From the sequence record OZ035757.1: DNA of 64,000 nt. The stretch is one strand, 5' to 3'. Below, piece by piece: positions 1 through 9,454 of the stretch (the first letter of the stretch is position 1; the number at the start of each line of letters is the position of its first letter). This stretch comes from Felixounavirus LF82P9. The notes under the pieces were generated by a model that had not been told where the DNA came from, did not search any database, and saw only the letters and a list, made by a program, of their open reading frames with translations. A program made the translations under genes and the position numbers.

Positions 1-458
1 CGCTAGCTGTTAGTAACTTACCATCACACACCCATAGTTTCTCTGCTACCACTTCATCTTTTGATTATGGTACGAAGAACACTAATAGTACTGGTGGTCA
101 TACTCACTCTGTAAGTGGTACAACAAGTGCTGCTGGTAACCACGCCCACCACTTAGGTCTGCTATTGGTTAATGGTGGTGATGCTCAGTATGGTTACACA
201 ACTGTTAGCAACAGCAAGACAAGAACTCTTGACTGGCTTGACAGAAAAGACAATAAATTCCCTAACACTAACACAACTGGTAACCATACACATACATGGT
301 CTGGTACTACAAGCGGTGCTGGTGACCATTCCCACTCTGTAGGTATTGGTGCTCACAGCCACACAGTTAGTGGTAATACTGGTAGTACAGGTTCTGGTTC
401 AGCATTTAGTGTTACTAACCAGTTCTACAAGTTAATGGCTTGGGTAAGAACTGCTTAA
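1..458 (+). CDS. tail fibre protein, C-terminal part (5' end outside window)
   Basis: Frame open from nt 3 to stop at 458; six G-x-H-x-H-(S/T) repeats (SHTHS, GHTHS, NHAHH, NHTHT, DHSHS, AHSHT) as in phage fibre-tip HxH repeats. Confidence 0.55.
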   Translation, partial: LAVSNLPSHTHSFSATTSSFDYGTKNTNSTGGHTHSVSGTTSAAGNHAHHLGLLLVNGGDAQYGYTTVSNSKTRTLDWLDRKDNKFPNTNTTGNHTHTWSGTTSGAGDHSHSVGIGAHSHTVSGNTGSTGSGSAFSVTNQFYKLMAWVRTA

Positions 459-537
459 TCCCTTGTTGACTGATTGTTAAGATGGTGTTAATATTCTTTA
501 TGGGTATTCTCACCATCTTGGCTGATGAGGTGATTAA

Positions 538-732
538 ATGCCTACAATCCTAGCAATTCTTCTAAAAAATCTAGGTAGCTTCTTCTGGAAACTCATTTTA
601 TCCCTTCTAAGTGAATACATGATTGAGAAAGTGTTCTTTAAGCTTGCAAGATACCTTGCGAGTAAAACAGACACGCCTATTGATGATGAGTTCGTAGATA
701 ACTTAGAAAAAGCTTTTAAGGGGGAGAAATAA
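538..732 (+). CDS. small hydrophobic protein
   Basis: ORF track; hydrophobic N-terminal half (ILAILLKNLGSFFWKLILSLL); follows tail-fibre gene. Confidence 0.35.
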   Translation: MPTILAILLKNLGSFFWKLILSLLSEYMIEKVFFKLARYLASKTDTPIDDEFVDNLEKAFKGEK

Positions 733-1104
733 ATGAAGTGGCTAGAGGAAGCTTTTAAAAATAATATTGGTGCAATTGTAGTTGGTATTTTTAGTGTTAT
801 TGGGATGTATACCACTATGCAAGTTTCAAGTGGTAAGCAAGAAGTGTCTGTCACAACAAAGTTACAGCAGCTAGATAATTATTCCAAAAGTAACTATTCA
901 GCTATTCGTGATTTACAGTCTGACATGAGACTGATTCAGCTAGGGATGGAGAACCAGAAAGTTCAGTTAGAGAATGTTAAGGGTGAAAACGCAAAACTTA
1001 CCAAAACTCTTGATAAATTCTCTGACAGTGTGAACAATCTGGCTCAATCAGTATCAGCCCTCCAAGCTATTACTGAAAAGAACACAAAGAATACTGAAAA
1101 ATAA
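733..1104 (+). CDS. membrane-anchored coiled-coil protein (possible lysis or fibre-associated function)
   Basis: N-terminal TM segment (IGAIVVGIFSVIGMY) then heptad-rich region; start abuts upstream stop. Confidence 0.45.
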   Translation: MKWLEEAFKNNIGAIVVGIFSVIGMYTTMQVSSGKQEVSVTTKLQQLDNYSKSNYSAIRDLQSDMRLIQLGMENQKVQLENVKGENAKLTKTLDKFSDSVNNLAQSVSALQAITEKNTKNTEK

Positions 1105-1109
1105 AGTTT

Positions 1110-1137
1110 AAGGCTCCTTTTTACGGGAGCCTTTTTT
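1110..1137 (+). terminator. rho-independent terminator
   Basis: Stem aaggctcc/ggagcctt with 8-nt loop followed by TTTTTT; lies between convergent genes. Confidence 0.6.
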
Positions 1138-1140
1138 GTT

Positions 1141-2040
1141 TTACTTACCTACTGACAGAGGTGCTTCAATCTTCCCTGCATGTTGGTAGTTGTTAATTCC
1201 ACCAATAAAGTCACTTGCAGTAAGATGTTTTAAGTCACTTAAAGTGTTAAGCTGTACACCAATCTCAAAAGTAGGTGCATGAAACTCTTCATTGTTCATC
1301 AGTTCATAGACCTGCTTCATATGGTTATGATAAATCTGAGTATCTCCAAAGACACCTATCAAGTATCGTGGAGTGTATCCAGTCATCTTGCAAAGAACTT
1401 CCAGAATAAAACCATAAGATGCAATGTTAAACGGAAGTCCTAAAAAGGTGTCTACAGAACGTTGATACCATTGTAAGTCAACTTCACCTTCGTTAGTGAT
1501 ATAAATCTGAAACAGAACATGACAAGGTGCTAAAGCCATTGAGTTAGCTGCAATATCTGCTGCATTCCAAGCATTAACAAGCATGTAACGGTCTGTGATA
1601 TCACCTTTCATCTTCGTTACTAAGGTCTCTAACTGGTCTACAACACAACCATTATGACCTTCAAAGTTTCTCCACTGAACCCCGTAGATTCTCCCACCTG
1701 CATCCTCTAACCAATCTTGTTCAGAAGAATAGTTAGAGCTTAACCAGCGTTTAAAATCATCTGACCAGATAGTCCAGCGTTCCCCATCATTTTCACCCCA
1801 AGTACGGTAACGAAGTTCACCAAGCTTATTCTCACCGTTCAGGAACCATAAAGCTTCCCCAATAACTTGCCTTGTAAACACCTGTTTAGATGTTAAGAGT
1901 GGGAAACCAGTACGCATATCAAAACGAAACTGTGGTGGAGCAAATGCAGAGATAACATCTCCAGTTCTTGTAGTACGCAGTTCACCAACGGATAAAACAT
2001 GGTTCAGGATATTTTTGTAACTTGTATCTGCTTGTGACAT
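1141..2040 (-). CDS. thyA: thymidylate synthase
   Basis: 299 aa; ThyA-like N-terminus and length; adjacent to DHFR. Confidence 0.9.
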   Translation of the reverse strand: MSQADTSYKNILNHVLSVGELRTTRTGDVISAFAPPQFRFDMRTGFPLLTSKQVFTRQVIGEALWFLNGENKLGELRYRTWGENDGERWTIWSDDFKRWLSSNYSSEQDWLEDAGGRIYGVQWRNFEGHNGCVVDQLETLVTKMKGDITDRYMLVNAWNAADIAANSMALAPCHVLFQIYITNEGEVDLQWYQRSVDTFLGLPFNIASYGFILEVLCKMTGYTPRYLIGVFGDTQIYHNHMKQVYELMNNEEFHAPTFEIGVQLNTLSDLKHLTASDFIGGINNYQHAGKIEAPLSVGK

Positions 2041-2041
2041 A

Positions 2042-2587
2042 TCAAAAGTGTCCTTTTACTTGTGGAACATAAATTTCAAAGGTTGCTTTACCATCCTCTG
2101 ATGGTTTTGACTGTACCTTTGTAAATACACGGTTATCATACAGCTTCTCAAAGAAGTTTTCAAAAGGTAAATACACAGTGGCCTCTTCAGTAACTTTATG
2201 GAAAACTGTATGGAAAACTACACCAGCATATGGTAAAGCATTGACAAGGACACCTGCACCACCAATTACAAAGATATCTTCATCAATAGAGCTATCGAGA
2301 TACTTCAAAAATGCTCCAAAGGATTCTTTGCTGGCCTTAGCATACATTACCTCATCTTTGCCAAAGTCTATGCCTAAGTATGGTACAGAGTTTGTTAAGA
2401 TGAGGTTTGCACGTTCTGGTAAAGGTTTACTACCCAGAGTCTTGAAAGTCTCATTCCCCATCACTACTAAGTTGTTTTTAGTGAGTCTCTTAAACTCTTG
2501 CATGTCCTGTTTATGTCGAGGCCACGGCATACCAGTTGGAGTACCAAATTCACCGTTTTCACCACTTGCAAATATTAGCTTAATCAT
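2042..2587 (-). CDS. folA: dihydrofolate reductase
   Basis: 181 aa; MIKLIFA..GENGEFG..MPW N-terminus typical of DHFR; coupled to thyA. Confidence 0.85.
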   Translation of the reverse strand: MIKLIFASGENGEFGTPTGMPWPRHKQDMQEFKRLTKNNLVVMGNETFKTLGSKPLPERANLILTNSVPYLGIDFGKDEVMYAKASKESFGAFLKYLDSSIDEDIFVIGGAGVLVNALPYAGVVFHTVFHKVTEEATVYLPFENFFEKLYDNRVFTKVQSKPSEDGKATFEIYVPQVKGHF

Positions 2588-2844
2588 TTTGTAAACCCTT
2601 TCTTAATGAACCAGTTGATGACACTCTTCACAACTTTACTACGATGGTAGATAAAATGTGGAGAGGGTTGGTATGAACCATAAGCCCAGAAAGCGATAAT
2701 TTCATTACACCCTGTGCATCGGGTACTTTCTTCAGCAATATGACCGTTGACTATTTCACTTACCTCACCTTGTAAGTCTGTACACCCACAATGTGGACAT
2801 CGGATAGGTGTCCCATCAGACTCATAGCAGTGTTCAATTTTCAT
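2584..2844 (-). CDS. zinc-ribbon protein
   Basis: CPHCGC ... CTGC cysteine pairs; 4-nt overlap with DHFR start. Confidence 0.5.
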   Translation of the reverse strand: MKIEHCYESDGTPIRCPHCGCTDLQGEVSEIVNGHIAEESTRCTGCNEIIAFWAYGSYQPSPHFIYHRSKVVKSVINWFIKKGFTK

Positions 2845-3360
2845 TTATTTAACCTCAAAAACTGGCTCAAGAACCAATATAAAGTCTACACAGTCATCTT
2901 CTTCATCCAGAATACCATCAAAGTTCTTAGGAACGAAGTCGAAGAGGCTCATAACAAAACAGTCAGAAGTGACCTTGATAGTTCCTCCCATGTTCTCTAC
3001 AGTCAACACTGTACGACTTTCTTTTACCTCCCTCAGAAGATTACCCACAAAGTCATCTAAGAAGTACTTCATCAGTGACTTAAAACCTTTAGGGTAATCT
3101 GTACCAGAGTATGTTTCAATCTGAGGCACAAGCTTAACATTTATACTAGTCTTTGTTAAGAACGTGTTAGAGAACATGCTATCAGGTAACTTACAAACAG
3201 TCTTTCCAGTATCTTCATGTTCAATCTCAACAAAACCAGCTTCGTCGCCACATGTGACTATTTTAAAAGATGCTTCATTATCACCCTGTGAAGCCATAAA
3301 CTTTTTAAGCATCGTTTTAAGGAAATCTGCATGAGCATCTTGTAAGTAGATATCAATCAT
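2845..3360 (-). CDS. hypothetical protein
   Basis: ORF track; tandem packing on minus strand; no recognisable motif. Confidence 0.5.
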   Translation of the reverse strand: MIDIYLQDAHADFLKTMLKKFMASQGDNEASFKIVTCGDEAGFVEIEHEDTGKTVCKLPDSMFSNTFLTKTSINVKLVPQIETYSGTDYPKGFKSLMKYFLDDFVGNLLREVKESRTVLTVENMGGTIKVTSDCFVMSLFDFVPKNFDGILDEEDDCVDFILVLEPVFEVK

Positions 3361-3373
3361 AGTTAATCACCTA

Positions 3374-3733
3374 TTATGGGAACAGACACTTAATGTCGTC
3401 GTTTTTGAAAACAAAACTCGTGTAGTTATGACCGTCAACATCCAGCCAAACAGCCTGAACATCTACACCATCAAGATTCTGGTAAAGCTCTTTGATGAAG
3501 TGGTCTTTCACAATCTGACTGCTAGTTGTTTCCAGCTTAATGTTCGAGATTGCTGAACCTACAGCCATATAGCCCATGACACGTTTCTTCTCAGTATGCT
3601 TAATCTTACCATCTTTGTAAGCCATAATGAGATTGGAGAGAATCTTCACACCATAATACTTTTCAAGGTGAGTAGGTACACCATAAAAGCCTAATGCGAA
3701 GTTTTCAGAGTGGATAATGTTTTCACGTTTCAT
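3374..3733 (-). CDS. hypothetical protein
   Basis: ORF track; tandem packing; no recognisable motif. Confidence 0.5.
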   Translation of the reverse strand: MKRENIIHSENFALGFYGVPTHLEKYYGVKILSNLIMAYKDGKIKHTEKKRVMGYMAVGSAISNIKLETTSSQIVKDHFIKELYQNLDGVDVQAVWLDVDGHNYTSFVFKNDDIKCLFP

Positions 3734-3734
3734 A

Positions 3735-4064
3735 TTAATCTGCCAGCCTTAAATTGAAATTAACACCAAATTTTTCACATACTTCCAACATATACTCAAG
3801 GGAGACATTACCAGTGAGGTGGATTATGTTGGATACGCGAGCCTGAGAGATACCACAAATTTTAGCAACTTGCTCTTGAGAAAGACCTCTGGATTTAATC
3901 TCTTTCTTAAAACGGTGTGCAACGAAATCTCTCATTTCGTCTACATCCATTGGACAAACATAACTCTCCATTTCAGCCTCTCTGTCAGCCTCCCAATCAT
4001 CTTGTGGAGCATAAGGGTCAAAAACTTCATTCATCTTTCTTCTTCCGTTTACGTGAAGTGTCAA
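3735..4064 (-). CDS. helix-turn-helix DNA-binding protein
   Basis: C-terminal LSQEQVAKICGISQARVSNI resembles XRE-type HTH. Confidence 0.55.
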   Translation of the reverse strand: MTLHVNGRRKMNEVFDPYAPQDDWEADREAEMESYVCPMDVDEMRDFVAHRFKKEIKSRGLSQEQVAKICGISQARVSNIIHLTGNVSLEYMLEVCEKFGVNFNLRLAD

Positions 4065-4239
4065 TTAATGAATCTATGTTTGTAGCCCTAACCTTTTCAC
4101 GTTCATCGTTAAGATAATCATCAAGAGCCTTTTCAATCTGTGAATCATCTTGACAGATGACTGTAAATACTGTAAAGCCGTCTGTATCATCGACTATCTT
4201 ACCATAACCGCTTCTGGGATGTAACTTTTTAAGAGCCAT
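4027..4239 (-). CDS. hypothetical protein
   Basis: ORF track; overlaps downstream gene by 38 nt so start uncertain. Confidence 0.3.
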   Translation of the reverse strand: MALKKLHPRSGYGKIVDDTDGFTVFTVICQDDSQIEKALDDYLNDEREKVRATNIDSLIDTSRKRKKKDE

Positions 4240-4240
4240 A

Positions 4241-4624
4241 TCAAATACCTGTGCAGCTTCTGTTTTCTAAGAAATACTCAACACCATACATAGCTTTTTG
4301 CATCAAATCTTCTTTAAACTGGATACGATGATTTAGCATAGCCTGTACATCAATATCTTCATGGTGCTTCTCTTTAATGTTTGCAGATTGCAGGAAATAC
4401 TCTGCAAGAACACGATACTGATAGTCAGTTACTTTATCAGTCATCTCTGTCAAAGACTCTTCAGAGATTGGTTTAAGTAGCTCACCATTAGCTAGAGCAA
4501 CACCTTTAACAATCTGGCAAGTATCTTCTGGAACACCTGATAAGTCCACATTTGGAAGTTCTGTTGCATTAACTGGTAAATTCATTGCCATAACCATTGC
4601 AGCAGCTAATAAAACCTTTTTCAT
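4241..4624 (-). CDS. secreted protein with signal peptide
   Basis: MKKVLLAAAMVMAMNLPVNA signal-peptide-like N-terminus. Confidence 0.5.
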   Translation of the reverse strand: MKKVLLAAAMVMAMNLPVNATELPNVDLSGVPEDTCQIVKGVALANGELLKPISEESLTEMTDKVTDYQYRVLAEYFLQSANIKEKHHEDIDVQAMLNHRIQFKEDLMQKAMYGVEYFLENRSCTGI

Positions 4625-4740
4625 AATGACCTCAAAGTTATATTAAATTTTGTATTACATTGAGTATAAAAATAAGCTATAACACCTGACTTGTCAACAG
4701 ATTTTATAGCTTATTTGGCAGATTTTTTATAAGGCTACTG

Positions 4741-5100
4741 CCATCCTTCCATACCCTACCTTACCACACCCAACCATACCTAACCAAACTACACCATACA
4801 ATACCTTATTAAAAGACCCTCTTAAAGACCTTTTAAAAAGGTAAGTCTCATTTTAATGTAGCTGAGACTAACTACCCGCACCGAACCTCACCTGACCTGA
4901 CCGCGCCATACCTAACCGCGCTTTACCACACCTCACTTAAAAACCCTATGAGATACTCTATCGAATATAATTTAAAGACTCTTAAGTGATGTAATCGAAT
5001 TTTTATGTAGCTCCGATTAACTACCCGCACTTTACCAAACCTCACCCTACCCTACCAGACCTTACCTAACCGCGCCGTACCTCATTAAAAGACCCTCTTA
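4741..5100. repeat. composite intergenic element, copy A (C/A-skewed tracts plus conserved palindrome-hairpin core)
   Basis: C/A-rich tracts (taccNcacc-like) flank ~72-nt core containing palindrome ACCTTTTAAAAAGGT and hairpin agtctca/tgagact; core recurs almost identically at 6343-6416. Confidence 0.6.
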
Positions 5101-5133
5101 AAGACCTTTTAAAAAGGAGCCTCCGAAGAGGCT
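5101..5133 (-). terminator. rho-independent terminator (minus strand)
   Basis: On minus strand: stem agcctc/gaggct with 4-nt loop, then TTTTT; directly downstream of the gene ending at 5145. Confidence 0.55.
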
Positions 5134-5144
5134 ACCTAGTCAAC

Positions 5145-5585
5145 TTAGAAAGGTTTTCTACGTTGCTTGTTAATGTTAGCTTTCATAGCAGCTAAATGGT
5201 TTTGCTGTTCAATCAGTCGTGAACGTTCTTGATGACTAAGTGCCATAGTATTCACATTCTCAATCGCTTGAGTGGCTTGCTTTAAAGCACGACCAATCTT
5301 ACCAGACATTTTACGTTTTGCAATAGTTGCTTGATGCTTAGGTTCAACCACACGATAACCAACACCCATTGAAGCAACCAGATAAATCTTCTCTTCTTTA
5401 AGAAGCTTTTCAATAAACTTCTCAAGTCGGTTTAGACGTGTAAGTGCATAAGCCTTCATTTCATCTTCGTACTTAACAATGTCACCTTGATAAGTTGGCT
5501 TCACAATACCTAAGAAGGTGTCCATCTCAGAATGTGATACAGTGTCACCGTAACTAAACTTTGCTGCTAATGCTTTTGTATTCAT
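5145..5585 (-). CDS. hypothetical protein
   Basis: ORF track; no recognisable motif. Confidence 0.5.
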   Translation of the reverse strand: MNTKALAAKFSYGDTVSHSEMDTFLGIVKPTYQGDIVKYEDEMKAYALTRLNRLEKFIEKLLKEEKIYLVASMGVGYRVVEPKHQATIAKRKMSGKIGRALKQATQAIENVNTMALSHQERSRLIEQQNHLAAMKANINKQRRKPF

Positions 5586-5587
5586 AA

Positions 5588-6193
<606 letters not shown>

Positions 6194-6249
6194 TTAGTTG
6201 ATTGTTAAGTTGTTTGTAAAGAACCCTCAACAGAAGACTCTTTAGAAAC

Positions 6250-6516
6250 TTGGTAGATTTTTAACGTGGATACTACCATCCACCCATACCGTGCCACACC
6301 ACACCGGACCGTACCATGCCCAACCCTACTACACCAGACCTTATTAAAAGACCCTCTCCAAAGACCTTTTAAAAAGGTAAGTCTCATTTTAATGTAGCTG
6401 AGACTAACTACCCATACATTACCGCACCATATTATACCCTACCCCACCATACTTCACTGCACCGAGCCACGCATTACATCACTTAAAAACCCTTTTCAAA
6501 GACTCTTAAGTGATGC
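6250..6516. repeat. composite intergenic element, copy B
   Basis: Same architecture as 4741-5100: C/A-skewed tracts, near-identical 72-nt core (6343-6416), cacttaaaaaccc...ctcttaagtgatg block. Confidence 0.6.
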
Positions 6517-6729
6517 TGGTGAGTACCCGTTGGTTTATGATGCTCAGTATACTCACCAAATTTCCTATGTCAACAACTTTTATAAAAAAGTTCTGATAGC
6601 TATATGCGTCACGAAACAAAAGATTGTAAACAAGACACCCATTGCAAAAGATGTGTCCAAAAGCTTACTTGCAACGTATGACAATACAAAGACAACCAGT
6701 ATAAATAGAATGACTGTACTGAACATAGT

Positions 6730-7833
6730 TTACTCATAATCCCTAATAACTAGCCCTACAGGAAACTGTAAAGAACCTTTACGAGTCATCTTCTGGAACT
6801 GAACAGTTAAAGGTTTCCCGATAAACTCTTCAGGATGTTCAGCAAGATACTGTTTCTTCTCGTGTGTAGTTTTCCATGAAACATCTACAAAGACGTTAGG
6901 AAGAGTCTCTACAACGAACTTACCATGACCACGCTTATCGGTCTTTACACCAGTCACTTTAAACTCTTCAGTGTGCATCTTCTTGTGCTTAATCAAGAAG
7001 TATGAACGGTGACAACACTCATAGAAGGAGTCTTCAGAGATTGAACGGTACATTGCACCTTCAAACTTAGCTTCAACCCACTTATCATGAGCTTCATCAA
7101 ACTCTTCCCAAGAATTTACACGACGAGATTTAACAGGAACAACTTTACAGCCGTCTCTAAAGTCATTCAATGGTGAAGTCTCAATAATATCTCTACGCTC
7201 AGGCCACGTTTTAGTACTGTCACAGATATCATACCAGTAGAACTTAAGTAAGTGTCTGTCAGGATTGTCTTCATTTTTAATCATAGAGACAATATCTTCT
7301 AAGTCCCACCCATGAGCATAAATCTCACCATCAAATTCATCAACATCTTTATGGAGCCTCAACATTGCCATAATGTCAGGTATTAGCTCAGTAGGAATTT
7401 TATAAATAGTGTTCTCACGAGAATATGCTGTAAATACACTGCCAATACTCAAGTGTCTTGAAATTCTACAACGGACACCATCAAGTTTTGGTTGAGCATC
7501 AGCAGGGAACTTCAGATACTTTGCATGGCTAACCTTTGCAGCATCATGAGCAAGCTGTACACCTACCTTCTCAGTATTCTGTGCAGACTCTTTTGTGTAA
7601 GCATAACCTTTGCGGTCTACTTGCTTTTTATACTTAGCAGCAACTTCAAAGAGAGCTTGCTGTTCAGCATTACGCTCATTCTTTTTACCGATGTTTTTAG
7701 GTTCTGCTGTATACTCTTCAAACATCATCTTGCCATTTTCTTTACCGTAGGTTGTAATAACTTTGTCACCTACAGCAACACATGACCAGACGTTAAAAGA
7801 GCCGTCTTTATTTTGTTTGTACAGAATTGTCAT
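6730..7833 (-). CDS. ATP-dependent DNA ligase
   Basis: 367 aa; KLDGVRC matches ligase adenylation motif I (K-x-D-G). Confidence 0.75.
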   Translation of the reverse strand: MTILYKQNKDGSFNVWSCVAVGDKVITTYGKENGKMMFEEYTAEPKNIGKKNERNAEQQALFEVAAKYKKQVDRKGYAYTKESAQNTEKVGVQLAHDAAKVSHAKYLKFPADAQPKLDGVRCRISRHLSIGSVFTAYSRENTIYKIPTELIPDIMAMLRLHKDVDEFDGEIYAHGWDLEDIVSMIKNEDNPDRHLLKFYWYDICDSTKTWPERRDIIETSPLNDFRDGCKVVPVKSRRVNSWEEFDEAHDKWVEAKFEGAMYRSISEDSFYECCHRSYFLIKHKKMHTEEFKVTGVKTDKRGHGKFVVETLPNVFVDVSWKTTHEKKQYLAEHPEEFIGKPLTVQFQKMTRKGSLQFPVGLVIRDYE

Positions 7834-8036
7834 TTTCTCTTACCACCAATCTCTACGTCGATAACTTGAACATCGCCAGCAACATCAAACTTATGTATGA
7901 TGCTTTCCACAGTATAAGTCCAACCATCAATGCGAACCATCTCACCTTCTCGTGGAACTATTGGATTACGTTGAGCTACAGTTGTAGTGGAGTGAACAAC
8001 ATCATAACGATAGATATAGTTTACTAGGACTTCCAT
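7830..8036 (-). CDS. hypothetical protein
   Basis: ORF track ORF 7830-8135, start moved to internal Met to avoid overlap with 8047-8307. Confidence 0.35.
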   Translation of the reverse strand: MEVLVNYIYRYDVVHSTTTVAQRNPIVPREGEMVRIDGWTYTVESIIHKFDVAGDVQVIDVEIGGKRK

Positions 8037-8046
8037 CGTGAAAACC

Positions 8047-8307
8047 TCACTCAATAACCGTAGTATGTGATTGTCCATTTTTGCCATAGCTGTAAGATGT
8101 TGTTGTTTGAGAGTTTGGACATCTGACAACAACAATATCTCTGCTTATAGCATCACCATGTAACTTGTATACTCTGCAATCTTGCATCTCTGGTGGGAGG
8201 CTATAAGAAGCATTTTTATCTTCATAAGAAGGGTTGCAGCCAGATAGAAAAATAACACCAAGCGCAATTACCACTTTCCACATAACACTACTCCTATTAC
8301 TGTTCAC
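8047..8307 (-). CDS. small lipoprotein
   Basis: Signal peptide ending in lipobox FLSGC; ~65-aa mature part with 3 Cys. Confidence 0.55.
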   Translation of the reverse strand: MNSNRSSVMWKVVIALGVIFLSGCNPSYEDKNASYSLPPEMQDCRVYKLHGDAISRDIVVVRCPNSQTTTSYSYGKNGQSHTTVIE

Positions 8308-8539
8308 GATGTTCTACTTCTCTGTACGTTCGTTGATAGTATATAATAAGCTGTGCTAACTCGTTGCTTTTAACATCTGAACGTAGCAGTTGCCAATCAA
8401 AACCTTTACCGACTCTTCCATATAAACTAAACAGTTTTACTTTGCGTTTCATTTTGGTATACCAATACTCAGAAGTCAATATTAATACGTTCGCCCTTAA
8501 GGACTCCAGTACGGTCTCTTGCAATCTTGCCGTCAACAA
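8297..8539 (-). CDS. hypothetical protein
   Basis: ORF track; no recognisable motif. Confidence 0.35.
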   Translation of the reverse strand: MLTARLQETVLESLRANVLILTSEYWYTKMKRKVKLFSLYGRVGKGFDWQLLRSDVKSNELAQLIIYYQRTYREVEHREQ

Positions 8540-8696
8540 TAAGGATATGTGCAGCCCTTAAAGAGTCACTATTAAAAGCTTTTACGAACTTACTAGGCAT
8601 CACTACAATGGGCATCTCCTGAATCAACTCTGGAGTATAGCAATTGTCGTGAAGTTGCTGAATAACGTCTGCAAGTGTCATTTTTGATGTCTCCAA
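8469..8696 (-). CDS. hypothetical protein
   Basis: ORF track; overlaps neighbour so start uncertain. Confidence 0.3.
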   Translation of the reverse strand: METSKMTLADVIQQLHDNCYTPELIQEMPIVVMPSKFVKAFNSDSLRAAHILIVDGKIARDRTGVLKGERINIDF

Positions 8697-8887
8697 TACT
8701 CAATGTCAATAAGTTCTTGTGCAATGCTTTTAAGGTTACCTTTCAAGAAAACCTTCTCAGAACCTGAAAGAGATGAATTGTCAATTAACCTGTTCATTCT
8801 CTCAAACAACTTCTGCTTACGATTTTTGATAGTCTCCTTTGAAGCACCTTTCATCATTGCTGCATGGGTTCTTCCACGATGGCTCAT
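8678..8887 (-). CDS. hypothetical basic protein
   Basis: ORF track; Lys/Arg-rich. Confidence 0.35.
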   Translation of the reverse strand: MSHRGRTHAAMMKGASKETIKNRKQKLFERMNRLIDNSSLSGSEKVFLKGNLKSIAQELIDIEYWRHQK

Positions 8888-8938
8888 AATCCCTCCTATA
8901 CAAGATGTAGTATAAGGTACTCTTCCCTGAGCACCTTG

Positions 8939-9454
8939 TCAACTTAGTTTTGCAAACTCTCCGTGGAGTTTAATAGCAGCTTCACAGTAAGCTTTATGGG
9001 CTTCTTCTTCCGTTGTGTATGTTCCTATATGTATAGTCTTGCCGTTATGGTTAATCTGGGCTATCCACTTACCAGACTTGCTTCTACTTGTACCTTTTAA
9101 GTTTTTTGATGTTCTAGGTTGTCTCCTATTAGACATGTTCTGTTCTTTTGTGGCCTCTCTTAGATTGTCCCAAGCGTTATTCAAACCATCTCCATCTTTG
9201 TGGTCAATGTGTTTGTCAGGCCACTTACCTGTCATCCAGAACCAAGCAATTCGGTGATTGCCTGTCCTGTATCCTAAAATCTGTGTGTGTATATACACAC
9301 CAGACCTTGTGCGCTTAATTGCTCCGGCTTGGCTTCCAATAACCACCCTACTACTATGTGGAGGTCTGCCAATCCATGTTAAGACCCCTGTTTCGGGGTC
9401 ATAATCTAACCAAGACTTTAACTGTTCATGTGTGAATCCACAATCTCTCATCAA
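8939..9454 (-). CDS. HNH homing endonuclease with AP2-like DNA-binding tail
   Basis: HIDHKDGDGLNNAWDNL HNH core plus C-terminal GKW..NGKTIHIGTYTTEEEA..HGEFA; overlaps 3' end of the polymerase gene by 4 nt. Confidence 0.8.
   Translation of the reverse strand: MMRDCGFTHEQLKSWLDYDPETGVLTWIGRPPHSSRVVIGSQAGAIKRTRSGVYIHTQILGYRTGNHRIAWFWMTGKWPDKHIDHKDGDGLNNAWDNLREATKEQNMSNRRQPRTSKNLKGTSRSKSGKWIAQINHNGKTIHIGTYTTEEEAHKAYCEAAIKLHGEFAKLS

Noticed and set aside
2178-2594. Antisense ORFs nested inside long genes (e.g. 2178-2594 in DHFR, 11011-11859 in the polymerase, 33276-33803 in nadV, 57016-57994 in the vWA gene)
   Set aside because: Fully contained within well-supported genes on the opposite strand; typical shadow ORFs.
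6530-6739. Plus-strand ORF of 69 aa in the minus-strand block
   Set aside because: Opposite orientation to all neighbours, overlaps the ligase 3' end and the composite intergenic element; no RBS.
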